A stretch of 63,326 nt of DNA, filler included, from Deltaproteobacteria bacterium (GCA_016283195.1; 6 parts of 6 records of this genome joined end to end with filler, not necessarily neighbours in it); one strand, 5' to 3'; shown: positions 17,156 through 28,304, counted from the first letter of the whole stretch. Translations and numbers: made by a program. The notes: generated from the sequence alone by a model not told the origin.

Positions 17156-19324
17156 TTATTTGCTCTCTTCCAGATTCTTCTTTGCTCCCCAGGCCGCCAG
17201 GCCGGCGCAGGCGAGCGCCAAAAGAATAAACATGACCAGAGAGAGCCACTGGCCGGGCGCTCCTTCAAACCACTCGGCAGCCGGTAGGGCTTCCATAAAT
17301 GCTTCACCGGAAGCATCGGTTTTTAAAGCATATTTCTGGCCAACACTGATAAAGCGAATAGGCGCGCCCAGGGCCGGCTGCCGCAGCACAGCGCCCACAA
17401 TGCCAAAGATGGCCGCGCCGGCCATAAGTCCAGAGGCAATAAGCACGCCCTGCTCACTTCTAGCCTTTTTGATCTCCTCGGTTTTACCGGATTTACCAAC
17501 AAGGTAAGCCACAAAAGCGCCAACAAGCACAGGAATATTAATAGATATTGGCAAATACATACCGAGAGCAAAAGCCAGCATAGGAACACCGGCCATATAG
17601 AGCACAATAGCCACAATACAGCCCAGGCCATAGAGCAGCCAAGGTTGATTGGCTGGGTCGGAGAGGAGTCCTTGGCTGACAGCGGCAATCATATTGGCCT
17701 GCGGAGCGGGCAGCACGGCAGAATTGGAGACCCACTGGCCGGCGCTCTCCACCACAAAGTGGTAGCCGCTATCCATGATGGGAATAACAAAAGAGACGAC
17801 AAGTGCCGCCACCGCTATACCTAAAAATTTCCATTTTTCCTGATTTTTGGGCGTGGAACCAATCCAGTAGCCGATTTTAAAATCGGTGACAAGAGCACCG
17901 GAGGTGGAGAGCGCCGTGCAAACGGCGCATCCGGCGATGAGGGCAATGACCATACCGCCCGCGCCGGATGCGCCGGCCGCCACCAGAGCCAGAATAGTGA
18001 GCACCACGGTGATAAGGGTCATACCGGAGACAGGGTTAGATCCCACAATGGCAATGGCCTGAGCGGCCACCGGCGTAAAGAGGAAGGAGAGCATAAAGCC
18101 CACACCGGCGCCGATTATGGCAAAGAGGAGCGAAGCCCCAAAAGTATAAGTGGCACCGGTAGCACTATCTATGGTGGTAAAAGCAATACCAAAGAAGAGA
18201 ACGGCCATTAAAACAGCTGCGCCCAGTTGCATCAAAAGGACAGTGCGCGGGTGCAAATCGCGCTCGGTGCGCGGAATAGCCGCTTCATCACTTTTGCCGC
18301 CCTTTAGCCCTTTAAAGCCCAGGCTCACCGAGCTGATGACGATTTTACCCATGCGAATGATGCCGATAACGCCGGAAGTGGCAATAGCGCCGATGCCAAT
18401 AGGTTTGACAAAAGCGCCAAAAATCTGACCGGCACTCATGGCGGCGATGTCATAAGTAGCTCCGGCATAAGTAAAAGCTGGAATATGTGAGCCAAAGAGG
18501 TAAACAAGCGGCACCATCACAAGATAAGCCAAAATACTGCCGGCAGCGATAATAGCGGCATATTTGAGGCCGATAATATAGCCCAGGCCAAAGAGCGCCG
18601 CCAGGCCATTCATGGAAAGCTCCAGGCGCATAGCAGCTAGCTTTTCGCCAAAGCCCCCCAAAATAGCCTTCATGGTAATGGCCGGGTTCCAGAGGCTCAC
18701 CGCCTCAGCCAAAAAGTCATAAATAGCGCCCAAAGAGAAGGAAGCCAAAAGCACTTTGCCGGTACTCTTACTGGCCGATTCGCCAGAGACCAAAATTTCG
18801 TTAATGGCTGTGGCTTCAGGGAAAGGAAGTTCGCCGTGCAGCTCTTTAACAAAATATTTTCTGAGCGGAATAATGAGCACTGTGCCCAAAGCGCCGCCGA
18901 CAAAAGTAGCCAAAAAGATTTGCCACCAGTGGATGGTAAAGAGCTTTTCACCGGTTTGCGGGTTCACGGAATTAATATAAAGCGCAGGAATAATAAAAGC
19001 GGCACCGGCGGCCACCACACCGGCCGCCTGGCCCACCGACTGCACCATCACATTTTCCAAAATGGTGCTGTTTTTAAATTTGCCAAAAAAGATGGCCATA
19101 ATGGCAATGGGGATGGCCGCTTCGATGGCATTGCCGGCCCTAAGAGCCATATAAATGCAGGCGGCGGCAAAAAGCACAGTCATGCCGAGGCCCAGGCCGA
19201 TACTGAATTTGGTAATCTCCGGGCGGCTGTCGCCGGCTGGGACAATCGGTTTATATTCTTCACCGGGCGCCAGCTTGGTATAAGCATTGTCCGGCAAAAG
19301 TTTTTTGGGTTTTGAATTCTCCAT
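17156..19324 (-). CDS. OPT family oligopeptide transporter
   Basis: LPDNAY, EAAIPIAI, STILEN, LPFPEATA, NPVSGMT, DFKIGYWIG, LPAPQA and ASGLMAG motifs; GGAGG RBS before MENSK. Confidence 0.93.
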   Translation of the reverse strand: MENSKPKKLLPDNAYTKLAPGEEYKPIVPAGDSRPEITKFSIGLGLGMTVLFAAACIYMALRAGNAIEAAIPIAIMAIFFGKFKNSTILENVMVQSVGQAAGVVAAGAAFIIPALYINSVNPQTGEKLFTIHWWQIFLATFVGGALGTVLIIPLRKYFVKELHGELPFPEATAINEILVSGESASKSTGKVLLASFSLGAIYDFLAEAVSLWNPAITMKAILGGFGEKLAAMRLELSMNGLAALFGLGYIIGLKYAAIIAAGSILAYLVMVPLVYLFGSHIPAFTYAGATYDIAAMSAGQIFGAFVKPIGIGAIATSGVIGIIRMGKIVISSVSLGFKGLKGGKSDEAAIPRTERDLHPRTVLLMQLGAAVLMAVLFFGIAFTTIDSATGATYTFGASLLFAIIGAGVGFMLSFLFTPVAAQAIAIVGSNPVSGMTLITVVLTILALVAAGASGAGGMVIALIAGCAVCTALSTSGALVTDFKIGYWIGSTPKNQEKWKFLGIAVAALVVSFVIPIMDSGYHFVVESAGQWVSNSAVLPAPQANMIAAVSQGLLSDPANQPWLLYGLGCIVAIVLYMAGVPMLAFALGMYLPISINIPVLVGAFVAYLVGKSGKTEEIKKARSEQGVLIASGLMAGAAIFGIVGAVLRQPALGAPIRFISVGQKYALKTDASGEAFMEALPAAEWFEGAPGQWLSLVMFILLALACAGLAAWGAKKNLEESK

Positions 19325-19512
19325 AGTAGCCTCCAAAAAAATAAGCTGCCTTTTATTGCCACAGGTTGGAGAAGGTAACAAGAGATTTTATTGGCGCGGT
19401 ACACATTCATCTTAATTATTCACCATATTCTTGCCAAGAACTAAACTTTTAATTTATGATGTAAAAATAGAGCCTTATTTGTTGGCTCTTTACAATATTC
19501 AGGAGGTTTCGA

Positions 19513-21246
19513 ATGAAAAAGTATCTTGCACTAGCAGCAGCGCTTTCCTTGCTGCCCAGCTTTGTTGCCTGTAACGTAACTCCGGATAAACCAAACGCTC
19601 CGGTGAAACCATCAGGCAATGGGAATCAAAACAACAACCATGATAGCCAAAGCGATAACAATCATGGCAACAACAACCCCGGCCAAGATGATATCACCTG
19701 CGGGACACCGGATGAAGATGGCTATTACTCCGCTTGTATTGATGGCAAAGACGGTAATCCTATTGCTGTCAACTGTATGAACAACAAGTTATACAGTGTC
19801 ATAGATTGCCTCTTGGGGCGCGTCTGCATTAGTGATGACTATTACGGCGCCTATTGTACTTATGAAGTACCGGAAACTGACTTTTGCTCAGGCAAGGAGC
19901 AAGGTTACTATTGTGCCACCATCGGAAATGATAGCTGGTTACTGGCCTGTAGTGAAGGTGAAGCGCTAGATGATTACAGCGAAAATTGCTCAAGCCAAAA
20001 AGGTATGACCTGTGGCTCTATAACATATAACGGCCAAACAGCTTCACGCTGTAAATGTACAACAAATGAGCAATGTGCCGGCAATAATTCCATGGCCAAC
20101 TCCCATGGCATTTGTGTCAAAGATGGCGGTTTCTGTAGTGCGGAATGTGATGAAGGATATGTTTTGGCTCAAGACTATAGTGGCTACTATTGTGCGGAAG
20201 ATGATACACCAGCCGCAGTAAGAGCCCTTTGTGTCACCATTGGCACTTCAGAAGATGATGCCACTTGCTGGACCGATCCGGAAAGCGGTGACACATGGCA
20301 AGTTATCTGTTACGATGGCGAAGTAAATCCCACCTATACCGCCAATTGCGCCGATTACGGCAGGGTTTGCAAAGAAGTTACAGATAATCTAGGTAGTTAC
20401 CATACCTGCGCTGAACCTGATGACACCGAGTGCGAAGAAGACAAAGACTGCGAGGGCACTGTTGAGGGCGGCCATTTTGTGTGTGTAATCGGCTACTGCG
20501 TAGCGGAGTGCAATGATGAAGAAGCCGAATTCAATGAGTTAACCGGCAAATGCGAAGGCAGCTCCGCGCCGGAATGTACCGAAAATGATGATTGTTCTTA
20601 CACCGGCGGCCTGGGCACTGCGATTTGCAATGCCAGCCAAAAATGCGAAGTTAAGTGTGTAGAAAACGCCAGCTTTATGTACAACGGCAGCGATGCCTGT
20701 CAGTGCAATAATAACTTCCATGAAGATGATGGCGCCTGCATCGCTAATGGTTCAACTACACTAACGACCCACGGACCTGTTTCATTTGACTGGACCAATA
20801 CCGGCAATGCGGCCACTGCTTATACCTCCTCATATACAAAAACTGTTGAAGAAGTAGTAACTATTAAAGCTGTCGGCCGAGTTGATCTAAATAATAATAC
20901 CTACGCCATTGATGGAGCTGGCATCATCATCAGAGGCAATAAAACTGATGCTAATCCACCATCAGAAATCACTGTGACCGGGCTAACCAAGGGACTATCA
21001 AAAGTAACTTTGGATACTATCGCTTGGCCTGGTTCAAATGCAGCAAAAACAATTAAACTTTTGGTTACCCCCAATGTCGGTACAGCAAAAACTATAGAAG
21101 TTCCCAAAGATGATCCGCTAACTCGTAACAGAAGTGTTTCTTTCGATGATGCCCAAGATGCTACTTCGTTTACCATAAAAGCCAATCATACAAATAATGA
21201 CAATCGTGTTTCCATTAACAACCTGCGCTGGACCGATGGTAAATAA
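19513..21246 (+). CDS. Cys-rich surface lipoprotein with C-terminal beta-sandwich-like domain
   Basis: Lipobox FVAC; Asn-rich linker; many Cys modules; Cys-free beta-rich C-terminus. Confidence 0.82.
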   Translation: MKKYLALAAALSLLPSFVACNVTPDKPNAPVKPSGNGNQNNNHDSQSDNNHGNNNPGQDDITCGTPDEDGYYSACIDGKDGNPIAVNCMNNKLYSVIDCLLGRVCISDDYYGAYCTYEVPETDFCSGKEQGYYCATIGNDSWLLACSEGEALDDYSENCSSQKGMTCGSITYNGQTASRCKCTTNEQCAGNNSMANSHGICVKDGGFCSAECDEGYVLAQDYSGYYCAEDDTPAAVRALCVTIGTSEDDATCWTDPESGDTWQVICYDGEVNPTYTANCADYGRVCKEVTDNLGSYHTCAEPDDTECEEDKDCEGTVEGGHFVCVIGYCVAECNDEEAEFNELTGKCEGSSAPECTENDDCSYTGGLGTAICNASQKCEVKCVENASFMYNGSDACQCNNNFHEDDGACIANGSTTLTTHGPVSFDWTNTGNAATAYTSSYTKTVEEVVTIKAVGRVDLNNNTYAIDGAGIIIRGNKTDANPPSEITVTGLTKGLSKVTLDTIAWPGSNAAKTIKLLVTPNVGTAKTIEVPKDDPLTRNRSVSFDDAQDATSFTIKANHTNNDNRVSINNLRWTDGK

Positions 21247-21354
21247 TCTCTCCTAATCTCTTTTCCCCTTCCCTATTATCCATTGACACAAGTTTTTTTT
21301 AACAATACAAGCATTGCTGTGTAGTTAGTGGATATCCACTTTTAAGGAGAAAAC

Positions 21355-22230
21355 ATGAAAAAACTAACCACCATCTTTCTAACTACCTTAATGGCTATGA
21401 GCCTTAATAGCTGTACCAGTGCCGAAAATAAAAAAGCCGAGCCCAAAGCTCCCGCGCAGGAAACAGCCAAAGAGCCGGCTAAAGAGGCCGTTAAAGAGGC
21501 CGCAGCCCCAGCCCAGGCAGAACAGGCCGCAGAAGCCCCAAAAGCTGAAGAGCCCAAAGCGGCTGATTGCCCGGCCATAACCGCCGAGGCCCTAAAAGCT
21601 ATGGTGCAAGACGAAGAAAATATTTTCGACAAAGAGCATGAAGCCATCCTCGCCGCGCTCCGTTGCACCAAAGACGATGAAATTATCGCCCTCATAAATA
21701 GCCAAGATCAAAAAGTGGCCAAAATTGCCTGCTATGAAGTCGGCTCACTTTATAACGAAAAATTTGTGGCTCCCCTCACCGCCATAATTAACAACCCGGC
21801 CCAAAAAGATTTGCATGGTAAATGTATGCACAGCCTCGTCACCATGTGGCTGGATTACCCAGCTCATGAGCACCATAGCGAAGCCGCTTATAAAGCCACT
21901 ATGGAATATTTCCAAAAGAAACCGCGCAATAATCTCGTTCCGGCTTATGACACATTTTCTTATATACACCAAGTAGCCAACGACAACAGCCAATTTGATA
22001 AATGGAAAGAGCAAGCCACTTGGTTTAAAGCCGATGAATTTGTGGCGGTTATGAGCGATATTCTCAAAGACAAACAGGCCAATTGGCTAAGCAAAAATCC
22101 GGCTTTGCGCGCTGTTTTTGCCTTTGGCGGCAAGGCCGAACTGGATAAACTTAGCCCGGTTATCAAAGAACTGGATGATATGCAAATAACGCATATTTAT
22201 AAAGAATTGCAGGAAAAAGCCGGGAAATAA
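21355..22230 (+). CDS. Helical lipoprotein, hypothetical
   Basis: Lipobox LNSC; Ala/Glu/Lys/Pro linker; AAGGAG RBS. Confidence 0.8.
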   Translation: MKKLTTIFLTTLMAMSLNSCTSAENKKAEPKAPAQETAKEPAKEAVKEAAAPAQAEQAAEAPKAEEPKAADCPAITAEALKAMVQDEENIFDKEHEAILAALRCTKDDEIIALINSQDQKVAKIACYEVGSLYNEKFVAPLTAIINNPAQKDLHGKCMHSLVTMWLDYPAHEHHSEAAYKATMEYFQKKPRNNLVPAYDTFSYIHQVANDNSQFDKWKEQATWFKADEFVAVMSDILKDKQANWLSKNPALRAVFAFGGKAELDKLSPVIKELDDMQITHIYKELQEKAGK

Positions 22231-22454
22231 TGCACCGGCGGTTTAGCAAAAAATTCTCATTTTTAACGCACTCTTCAACTTTTCTAAAAGCCAAGCAGTT
22301 AACAATAGGGCCTTTGATATATTAATTCGCTCAGGCATTTTTTGTGCTAAACAAATAAATTAAATGCTAGTTCTACCTTGACTCTGGCCACTAAAAGTTA
22401 TTTACTGCGCTAGTTTGGCTAATGGTGGCCACAATAAAACAATAGAGGAAAGTA

Positions 22455-23519
22455 ATGAGCGAAGAAAAAGCAGGAAGAGAAATTAGTGTCTGGTGGTTTG
22501 CTTTTGGCTATTTTGCCGCCTATGCGCCCTACAGCATGCTGACCAAGGTTATTTCCAGCGGCCTTTTAAAAGGTAACCCGGCTGTAAACGGCACAGCCTT
22601 GCTCTCCTTCTCCACTTTGGCCACCCTCGTCACCAGTTTATCAGTTATCACCCTACTTGGCTGGTGGAAATTTGCTTCGCATAAAAAAATCGGCGCTCTA
22701 AATGTACCGGTAACTTCAATTTGGACTTTTCTTTCCGGTATTTGCACGGCGGCCATCATCGCCACCACCACTCTTTCTTACACCATCAAAGGCGTTTCCA
22801 TCGTCTTTATGATGATTATCATGCGCGGCGGCGTCTTTATTTTGGCTCCTATTGTCGATACTATTTGCAAGCGCAAAATCAGCTTAAATTCCTGGATTGC
22901 CCTGGGCCTTTCGCTGGTAGCTCTTTCTGTGCAAGCCATCGGTAAAGCCAAAGGCGGCGATTCATCTTTTAGCCTGCCCATTGAAGCTATAATAATTCTC
23001 TCACTTTATCTCGGCTCTTACTTCATCCGTATGCTCTTTATGACCAAAAGAGCCAAATCCAAAAACGATGCCGACACCAAAAAATATTTCGTGGAAGAAC
23101 AAATGGTGGCCACACCCTCTTTGGTTATCTTCCTGCTCATTGCCGGCCTCTCCGGCCGCTTTGGTGCCTTTGGCAGCTTTGGAGCACAAATTCACTGGGG
23201 TTACACCACTTTCTTCAGCGAGAGCTCCGCTTTGGTCATCTGTTTGGTGGCTCTAATTGGTATTTTATCCACCGGCACCGGCATCTTTGGCACGCTTATT
23301 TACCTTGGCAACAAAGAAAACACCTTCTGCGTGCCGGTAAACCGCTGCTCCAGCCTCTTAGCCGGTGTTTTGGCTACCTTCCTGGTCTGGCAGGTTTTTA
23401 ATGGCAATCCGCCAGCCACCACCGAGCTCATCTCGGCCGCTATTCTCATTGTGGCTATTATTGTGCTCTGCGTGAAATTGCCTATAGGCGGCAAAAAAGA
23501 TTGCAAAGCCTGTAAATAA
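22455..23519 (+). CDS. Multi-pass membrane protein (DMT-like topology)
   Basis: About 10 hydrophobic segments in two halves. Confidence 0.72.
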   Translation: MSEEKAGREISVWWFAFGYFAAYAPYSMLTKVISSGLLKGNPAVNGTALLSFSTLATLVTSLSVITLLGWWKFASHKKIGALNVPVTSIWTFLSGICTAAIIATTTLSYTIKGVSIVFMMIIMRGGVFILAPIVDTICKRKISLNSWIALGLSLVALSVQAIGKAKGGDSSFSLPIEAIIILSLYLGSYFIRMLFMTKRAKSKNDADTKKYFVEEQMVATPSLVIFLLIAGLSGRFGAFGSFGAQIHWGYTTFFSESSALVICLVALIGILSTGTGIFGTLIYLGNKENTFCVPVNRCSSLLAGVLATFLVWQVFNGNPPATTELISAAILIVAIIVLCVKLPIGGKKDCKACK

Positions 23520-23567
23520 ATTTTCCGATGTTCTCTCTTATTTCCCCAACCTAAAAGCAGAATAAAC

Positions 23568-24104
23568 ATGAGTAGATGGATAGATTTTGCCACTATCGGC
23601 CGCCCTCATGGCGTAAAGGGCGAAGTGACTCTTTGGCCAGAAAACCCCGAAAGCGATAATGTAAAAGCGCTCAAAGAGGTCATCATTGCCCCGCCGACGG
23701 CCGCCGGCAACAGCGGCGGCGAGAGCTGTCAGGTGCTGGCGGTAAAAAAAGTGGGCACTCATTATGCTGCCTCTTTGGCGGGCGTAACCAGCCGCGAGGC
23801 CGCCGCGCTCCTCACCGGCAAACATCTTTGGGCCGATTTGGATAGCCTCTCACCCTGCGGCGAGGATGAATTTTATCTTAATGATATTATGGGCTTTTTG
23901 CTAAAAGATAGCACAACAGGCCAAACTATCGGCCCCATTAGTGCCATTGCCGATTACCCGCAGGGGCCATATTTGGTGGTGCAAAAAGCGGCCGCCGGCG
24001 GGGAGATCGAAATACCATGGCAAGTGGCTTATTTAGTGGAAATTTCTTTTGAAAAACATGAGGTTGTCTTAGCTCTGCCCGAAGGCTTTAATGAGCTTTT
24101 ATAA
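23568..24104 (+). CDS. rimM: 16S rRNA processing protein RimM
   Basis: IGRPHGVKGEV; SREAAALLTG; DEFYLNDIMG. Confidence 0.92.
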   Translation: MSRWIDFATIGRPHGVKGEVTLWPENPESDNVKALKEVIIAPPTAAGNSGGESCQVLAVKKVGTHYAASLAGVTSREAAALLTGKHLWADLDSLSPCGEDEFYLNDIMGFLLKDSTTGQTIGPISAIADYPQGPYLVVQKAAAGGEIEIPWQVAYLVEISFEKHEVVLALPEGFNELL

Positions 24105-24106
24105 TC

Positions 24107-25573
24107 TTAGGCAATGAGCGCTCTCCACACTTTGGCGCCGTTTTTAAATCTCTTGTAATTTGAAGGGGCGCTTTCCAGCATTTTCACAAAAGGCTTTTCT
24201 AAAGAAATACCTGTAATATCACGGGCATATTCCATAGCTCTTTTGGCATAGCGCAAAATCTGTGTGCTCTCAAGGCCGGAAATATCATCAAAAAACCAAC
24301 CGCAACTGGTAAACATCAAGAGACTAAAACGCTCCATTTCCAAAAGGCGGCCGGCCAACACCACCTCCTCCGGGGTAAGCGGCGCTTTAGCTTCAAAAGC
24401 CAGAAAATCCAACCAGGCCTGGTGATTTTTGGCTAAGATTACTTTTATATAATTGTTGCGCGCCGCCCAGATATCTTTAAAAATCTGCTCACCCTTTTGA
24501 CGATAAACGGCATAAAGCTCATCACGCAACCAATTCATGGCCTCACGCAGCGGACCGCGCCACTTTTGTTGAAAATTGCCATTCATCTTGCAACCGCAAT
24601 CGCGCGACCAGCGCCCTACACCATGGGCACAGCTCCACGAGGTGGGCTCTTTAATAACCACCTCATATTTAGGCGGAAATTTCTCTAAATATTCTCCGTA
24701 AACAGTAATATTAGCCAGCTTATTTTCTTTAATATAATTGAGGCAAAAACTAAGAGCCATCTCTCCTTTTTTATGATGATGGCCGTAAGTTTCGCCGTCT
24801 GTGGCAATATTTATGAGCTCATTTCCCTTGCCTTTAGCCTGAGCTAAAAGTCCCTTGGCAAATTCCACGCCATCGTTAAGCATACCGCCAAAAGCAATGG
24901 CCCCGGAAATATCCCCGCAATAAAAGAAAACAGCTATATTTTTACCTGATGGCAAATTTACAAGATATGGCTCACGAAAATCGATATTGCCCTCCACCTT
25001 TTTCCAATTTTTTTTGCCTATAGCGCGAATCTTTTCGCCTTGCCACGGTGCTAATATGGTGAATTTTATGCCATTTTCGGCCAAAGCCTCCAAAGTTGGA
25101 GTATCCACTGCCGTCTCGGCCAACCACATACCTTCCGGCTTTCGACCAAAGCGCCACACAAAATCGGCTATGCCCCATTTTATCTGCGTATCTTTATCTG
25201 CACTACTGGCAAGGGGCATAATAATGTGGTTATACACTTGGCCAATAGCGGTGCCATGGCCGGAAAATTGCTCCCTACTCTCCCGCTCGGCCGTAAGTAT
25301 AGCCTGGTAGGTCTCCGGCTGATGTTCCTCAAGCCAAGAGAGTAAGGTGGGCCCCATATTAAAGCTCATCTGCTTATAATTATTCACGATTTTTAGCAAC
25401 TTACGCCCTTCTAAGATTTTAGTGGCGCAGTTTGGTGTATAACATTCGGCGGCGATGCGCTCATTCCAATCGTGATACGGATGAGCAGAAGATTGCTTTT
25501 CTATCTTGCCTGTCCAGGGATCTTCACGCGGGGGTTGATAAAAATGGCCATGAACACAAATATATACACTCAT
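24107..25573 (-). CDS. Glycoside hydrolase family 57 / DUF3536 protein
   Basis: ICVHGHFYQPPRE, YHDWNERI, SFNMGPTLLSW, GMWLAETAVD, ATDGETYGHH, SWSCAHGVGRW, MFTSCGWFFD. Confidence 0.92.
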   Translation of the reverse strand: MSVYICVHGHFYQPPREDPWTGKIEKQSSAHPYHDWNERIAAECYTPNCATKILEGRKLLKIVNNYKQMSFNMGPTLLSWLEEHQPETYQAILTAERESREQFSGHGTAIGQVYNHIIMPLASSADKDTQIKWGIADFVWRFGRKPEGMWLAETAVDTPTLEALAENGIKFTILAPWQGEKIRAIGKKNWKKVEGNIDFREPYLVNLPSGKNIAVFFYCGDISGAIAFGGMLNDGVEFAKGLLAQAKGKGNELINIATDGETYGHHHKKGEMALSFCLNYIKENKLANITVYGEYLEKFPPKYEVVIKEPTSWSCAHGVGRWSRDCGCKMNGNFQQKWRGPLREAMNWLRDELYAVYRQKGEQIFKDIWAARNNYIKVILAKNHQAWLDFLAFEAKAPLTPEEVVLAGRLLEMERFSLLMFTSCGWFFDDISGLESTQILRYAKRAMEYARDITGISLEKPFVKMLESAPSNYKRFKNGAKVWRALIA

Positions 25574-25723
25574 AATTTCCTCCGGCCGAGCGGCCAAATA
25601 ACGATATGCCTTTATTACCCTGCCGCCGCCCCTGTCAAGGGCAGTAAAATCATTTTGCAAATAAGGCTTTATTAAAAGTAGATTTTTTACTAGAATGGCG
25701 CCTGGTTTTGTCCTAACCAACGG

Positions 25724-26800
25724 ATGGTTACTATGGATATTAAAAGCATAAAGTATTTACTGATGGTTGTTTTCGTTGTTTTTCAAGGGGTTGCCTGCAC
25801 CACTCCCGATTCTCTGATGCAAAAAAGCGCCCTCAGAAACACTGCCAAAAGCGGAGCCGCAGCCAAGGATCTTGTTGCCTTTGTAAAAGCCAGTAAAAAC
25901 GATGACAAATTGCGCTATTGGGCTTTTCGCAGCCTCGCCACCTTCCCGGAAGTCCCGGATGCGGTGATTGACGATCTTGGCAAAATCATGCTAAATAGCG
26001 GTGAATCAAAGGATATCCGCATGTGGGCCGCTTATACGCTGGGCAAATTCAAGCGCAAAGAGGCTCTTCCTTACTTTTTGGAGGCGCTTGAGAATAATCC
26101 GGAAGCAGGTGTTGATTATTATGTGATAGAGGGCATAACCAGGCAGGTTGATGTTTTAAGCGGTGACAGGGATCTCTCTTTAAGGCTCCTGGCAGCTATG
26201 AATACTTATTTAAGCCATGCCAAAAATGAGCCGCCTTCTATTTACAATCTGCTTGATGAATACGTAGCCACACTCTCTACTCTGGTGGTGGCTATGGATG
26301 AACTCTTAAACAAAAAATATGATAAAAATGCTACCAAAACCCGCACCGAAGACCTCTACGGCGCAAGTTATCGCATTTTCCACACTATAGAACGCAGCTT
26401 GGAGCAACTATTAAATAACTATGCAGCCAATCAGATGAGCCTGGAAAAAGCTTTTGATTTAACATATAAAGCTTTGGAAACCAAATATCAGCCGGCATTT
26501 TTGCTTTATGCCTGGTATAGCGGCGAAATAGCTAATAACCCGGAGCTCTCTATATTAGCCGCTGGCAAGATTCTGCCCTGGCTTAATAATGAAGACCCGG
26601 AGCTGCGCCAATTGGTACTTTGGGCTCTAATGGAAATGGAAGTGCACAATGAAGATATAAGAGCCAAAGTGCTCAAGCACCTAGCTACCAAAGAGACCGA
26701 TCACAACACGCTGCTTATGCTTGGCGATTACAAACACAAAGCCGGTACACCTGATGTAATTCAACAGCTGCGCGGCATAAGCGTAAAGGACGATCAATGA
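25724..26800 (+). CDS. HEAT-repeat lipoprotein
   Basis: Lipobox GVAC; LRYWAFRSL, IRMWAAYTLG and LRQLVLWAL repeats. Confidence 0.78.
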   Translation: MVTMDIKSIKYLLMVVFVVFQGVACTTPDSLMQKSALRNTAKSGAAAKDLVAFVKASKNDDKLRYWAFRSLATFPEVPDAVIDDLGKIMLNSGESKDIRMWAAYTLGKFKRKEALPYFLEALENNPEAGVDYYVIEGITRQVDVLSGDRDLSLRLLAAMNTYLSHAKNEPPSIYNLLDEYVATLSTLVVAMDELLNKKYDKNATKTRTEDLYGASYRIFHTIERSLEQLLNNYAANQMSLEKAFDLTYKALETKYQPAFLLYAWYSGEIANNPELSILAAGKILPWLNNEDPELRQLVLWALMEMEVHNEDIRAKVLKHLATKETDHNTLLMLGDYKHKAGTPDVIQQLRGISVKDDQ

Positions 26801-28302
26801 ATAATTACAATAAAATAGCAGGATTTATTGCTTTATTTTTGCTGAGTGGCTGTATGGCTACTCCAGCTCCATCTTCTCCGCAAATGAAAAAATTTGACGG
26901 TGTGGTTTCAAGCTCTGTTTTTAGCAATAAACCGACAGCGGCCGAGGGCATTTACATTTATCCGGATTTAAGCCAGCGCGGCCACAAAGATGACTTACAA
27001 CTGGTGGGCGTTGGAGCAGAATTTGACAAAGTTTATCCGTTTTCCATGGTTTCGGTTATGACTCCGGACGGCCAGCTTTATTACAACGACGACCCGCATA
27101 ACATGGTCGCCAACAAAGTCTTCAGTTCAGCTAAGTTGGCCATGAATTCCTTTACTTATACAACTGGTTGCGGCACTATGGGCAGCAATTACTCTTTTTC
27201 ACCTGTGCGCGATGTCCTTTGCAGTGTAGATAGCGGTTACACTATAAAAACTTCTCTCGGCAACACTTCCACTTTAACCGTCATGCGCCCGCTTTATCAC
27301 ACAAAATATTATCAGCCCTATACCCGCTATGGCATCAGCAAGCCACAACCGCCGCGCGGTTACAGCGGCAATAGCGGCCGCCACGGTACAGATGGTATCA
27401 ACGGTCGCAGCGGTAGCAACGGTAGCAACGGTTCAAGCGGCAGCAGCGGTGGCCACGGTAGCCGCGGCGGCAACGGCACCGATGGCAGCAGCAATGCCTA
27501 CGATGGCGAAAATGCCGGTCACGGTGCCAACGGTGAGCGTGGCGATGATGGCCCATATCTCCTGGTTAATATCCGCCCCATATACAGCAAATTCTACCCG
27601 GGCGAAAAATTGGTTTATATGAATATCGACGCCACTTGGCATAATTTGCGCGGCGAAGCCTACAAGCGTGCCGCTCTCAACTATATTTTTCATCAAAATG
27701 AGCAATTTATTGTCACTACTGTCGGCGGCGACGGCGGCCAGGGTGGCCATGGCGGCAACGGCGGCGCCGGCGGTCGCGGCGGTAACGGCGGTAACGGCGG
27801 CCGCGGCGGTAACGGCGGTAACGGCGGCTATAATCCCGATGGCCGCGGCGGTAACGGCGGTGATGGCGGTGACGGCGGCAACGGTGGCAACGGCGGCAAC
27901 GGTGCCATGGGCGGCAACGGCGGTGACGGCGGCAATGGCGGTGACGGCGGCAACGGTGGCATTATAGAAATTAATCTCTACGGCGATAGCAGCTTTATTG
28001 ATAATGTCAAACGCAATATCATTTTTAAAAGCGTTGGCGGCCAAAGAGGCGAACGTGGCCTGGCCGGTAGCAATGGCAACCCGGGTTTGGCCGGCAGAGG
28101 CGGCATTGGCGGTGCCGGCGGTTCGGGCGGCGCGGCCGGTTGCGGTCAATCTTGTGGTACAGCCGGTAGCAGCGGTTCTCGCGGGCGCGATGGTCGTGCC
28201 GGCAAAATGGGCTATACCAATAGCCACCGCACCTATGATGGCGCTCCCGGGCGCAACGGCTATGGCCAAAATATAACTTTCCACACCAATTACGAGGGCT
28301 AA
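26797..28302 (+). CDS. Gly-rich (GGNGG/GxxG) lipoprotein
   Basis: Lipobox LSGC; three Gly-rich tracts separated by short beta segments; ATGA overlap with the upstream gene. Confidence 0.82.
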   Translation: MNNYNKIAGFIALFLLSGCMATPAPSSPQMKKFDGVVSSSVFSNKPTAAEGIYIYPDLSQRGHKDDLQLVGVGAEFDKVYPFSMVSVMTPDGQLYYNDDPHNMVANKVFSSAKLAMNSFTYTTGCGTMGSNYSFSPVRDVLCSVDSGYTIKTSLGNTSTLTVMRPLYHTKYYQPYTRYGISKPQPPRGYSGNSGRHGTDGINGRSGSNGSNGSSGSSGGHGSRGGNGTDGSSNAYDGENAGHGANGERGDDGPYLLVNIRPIYSKFYPGEKLVYMNIDATWHNLRGEAYKRAALNYIFHQNEQFIVTTVGGDGGQGGHGGNGGAGGRGGNGGNGGRGGNGGNGGYNPDGRGGNGGDGGDGGNGGNGGNGAMGGNGGDGGNGGDGGNGGIIEINLYGDSSFIDNVKRNIIFKSVGGQRGERGLAGSNGNPGLAGRGGIGGAGGSGGAAGCGQSCGTAGSSGSRGRDGRAGKMGYTNSHRTYDGAPGRNGYGQNITFHTNYEG

Positions 28303-28304
28303 TC

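Noticed and set aside
27329-28284. Ala/Val/Thr-rich alternative ORFs
   Set aside because: Off-frame or antisense shadows of the Gly-rich lipoprotein.
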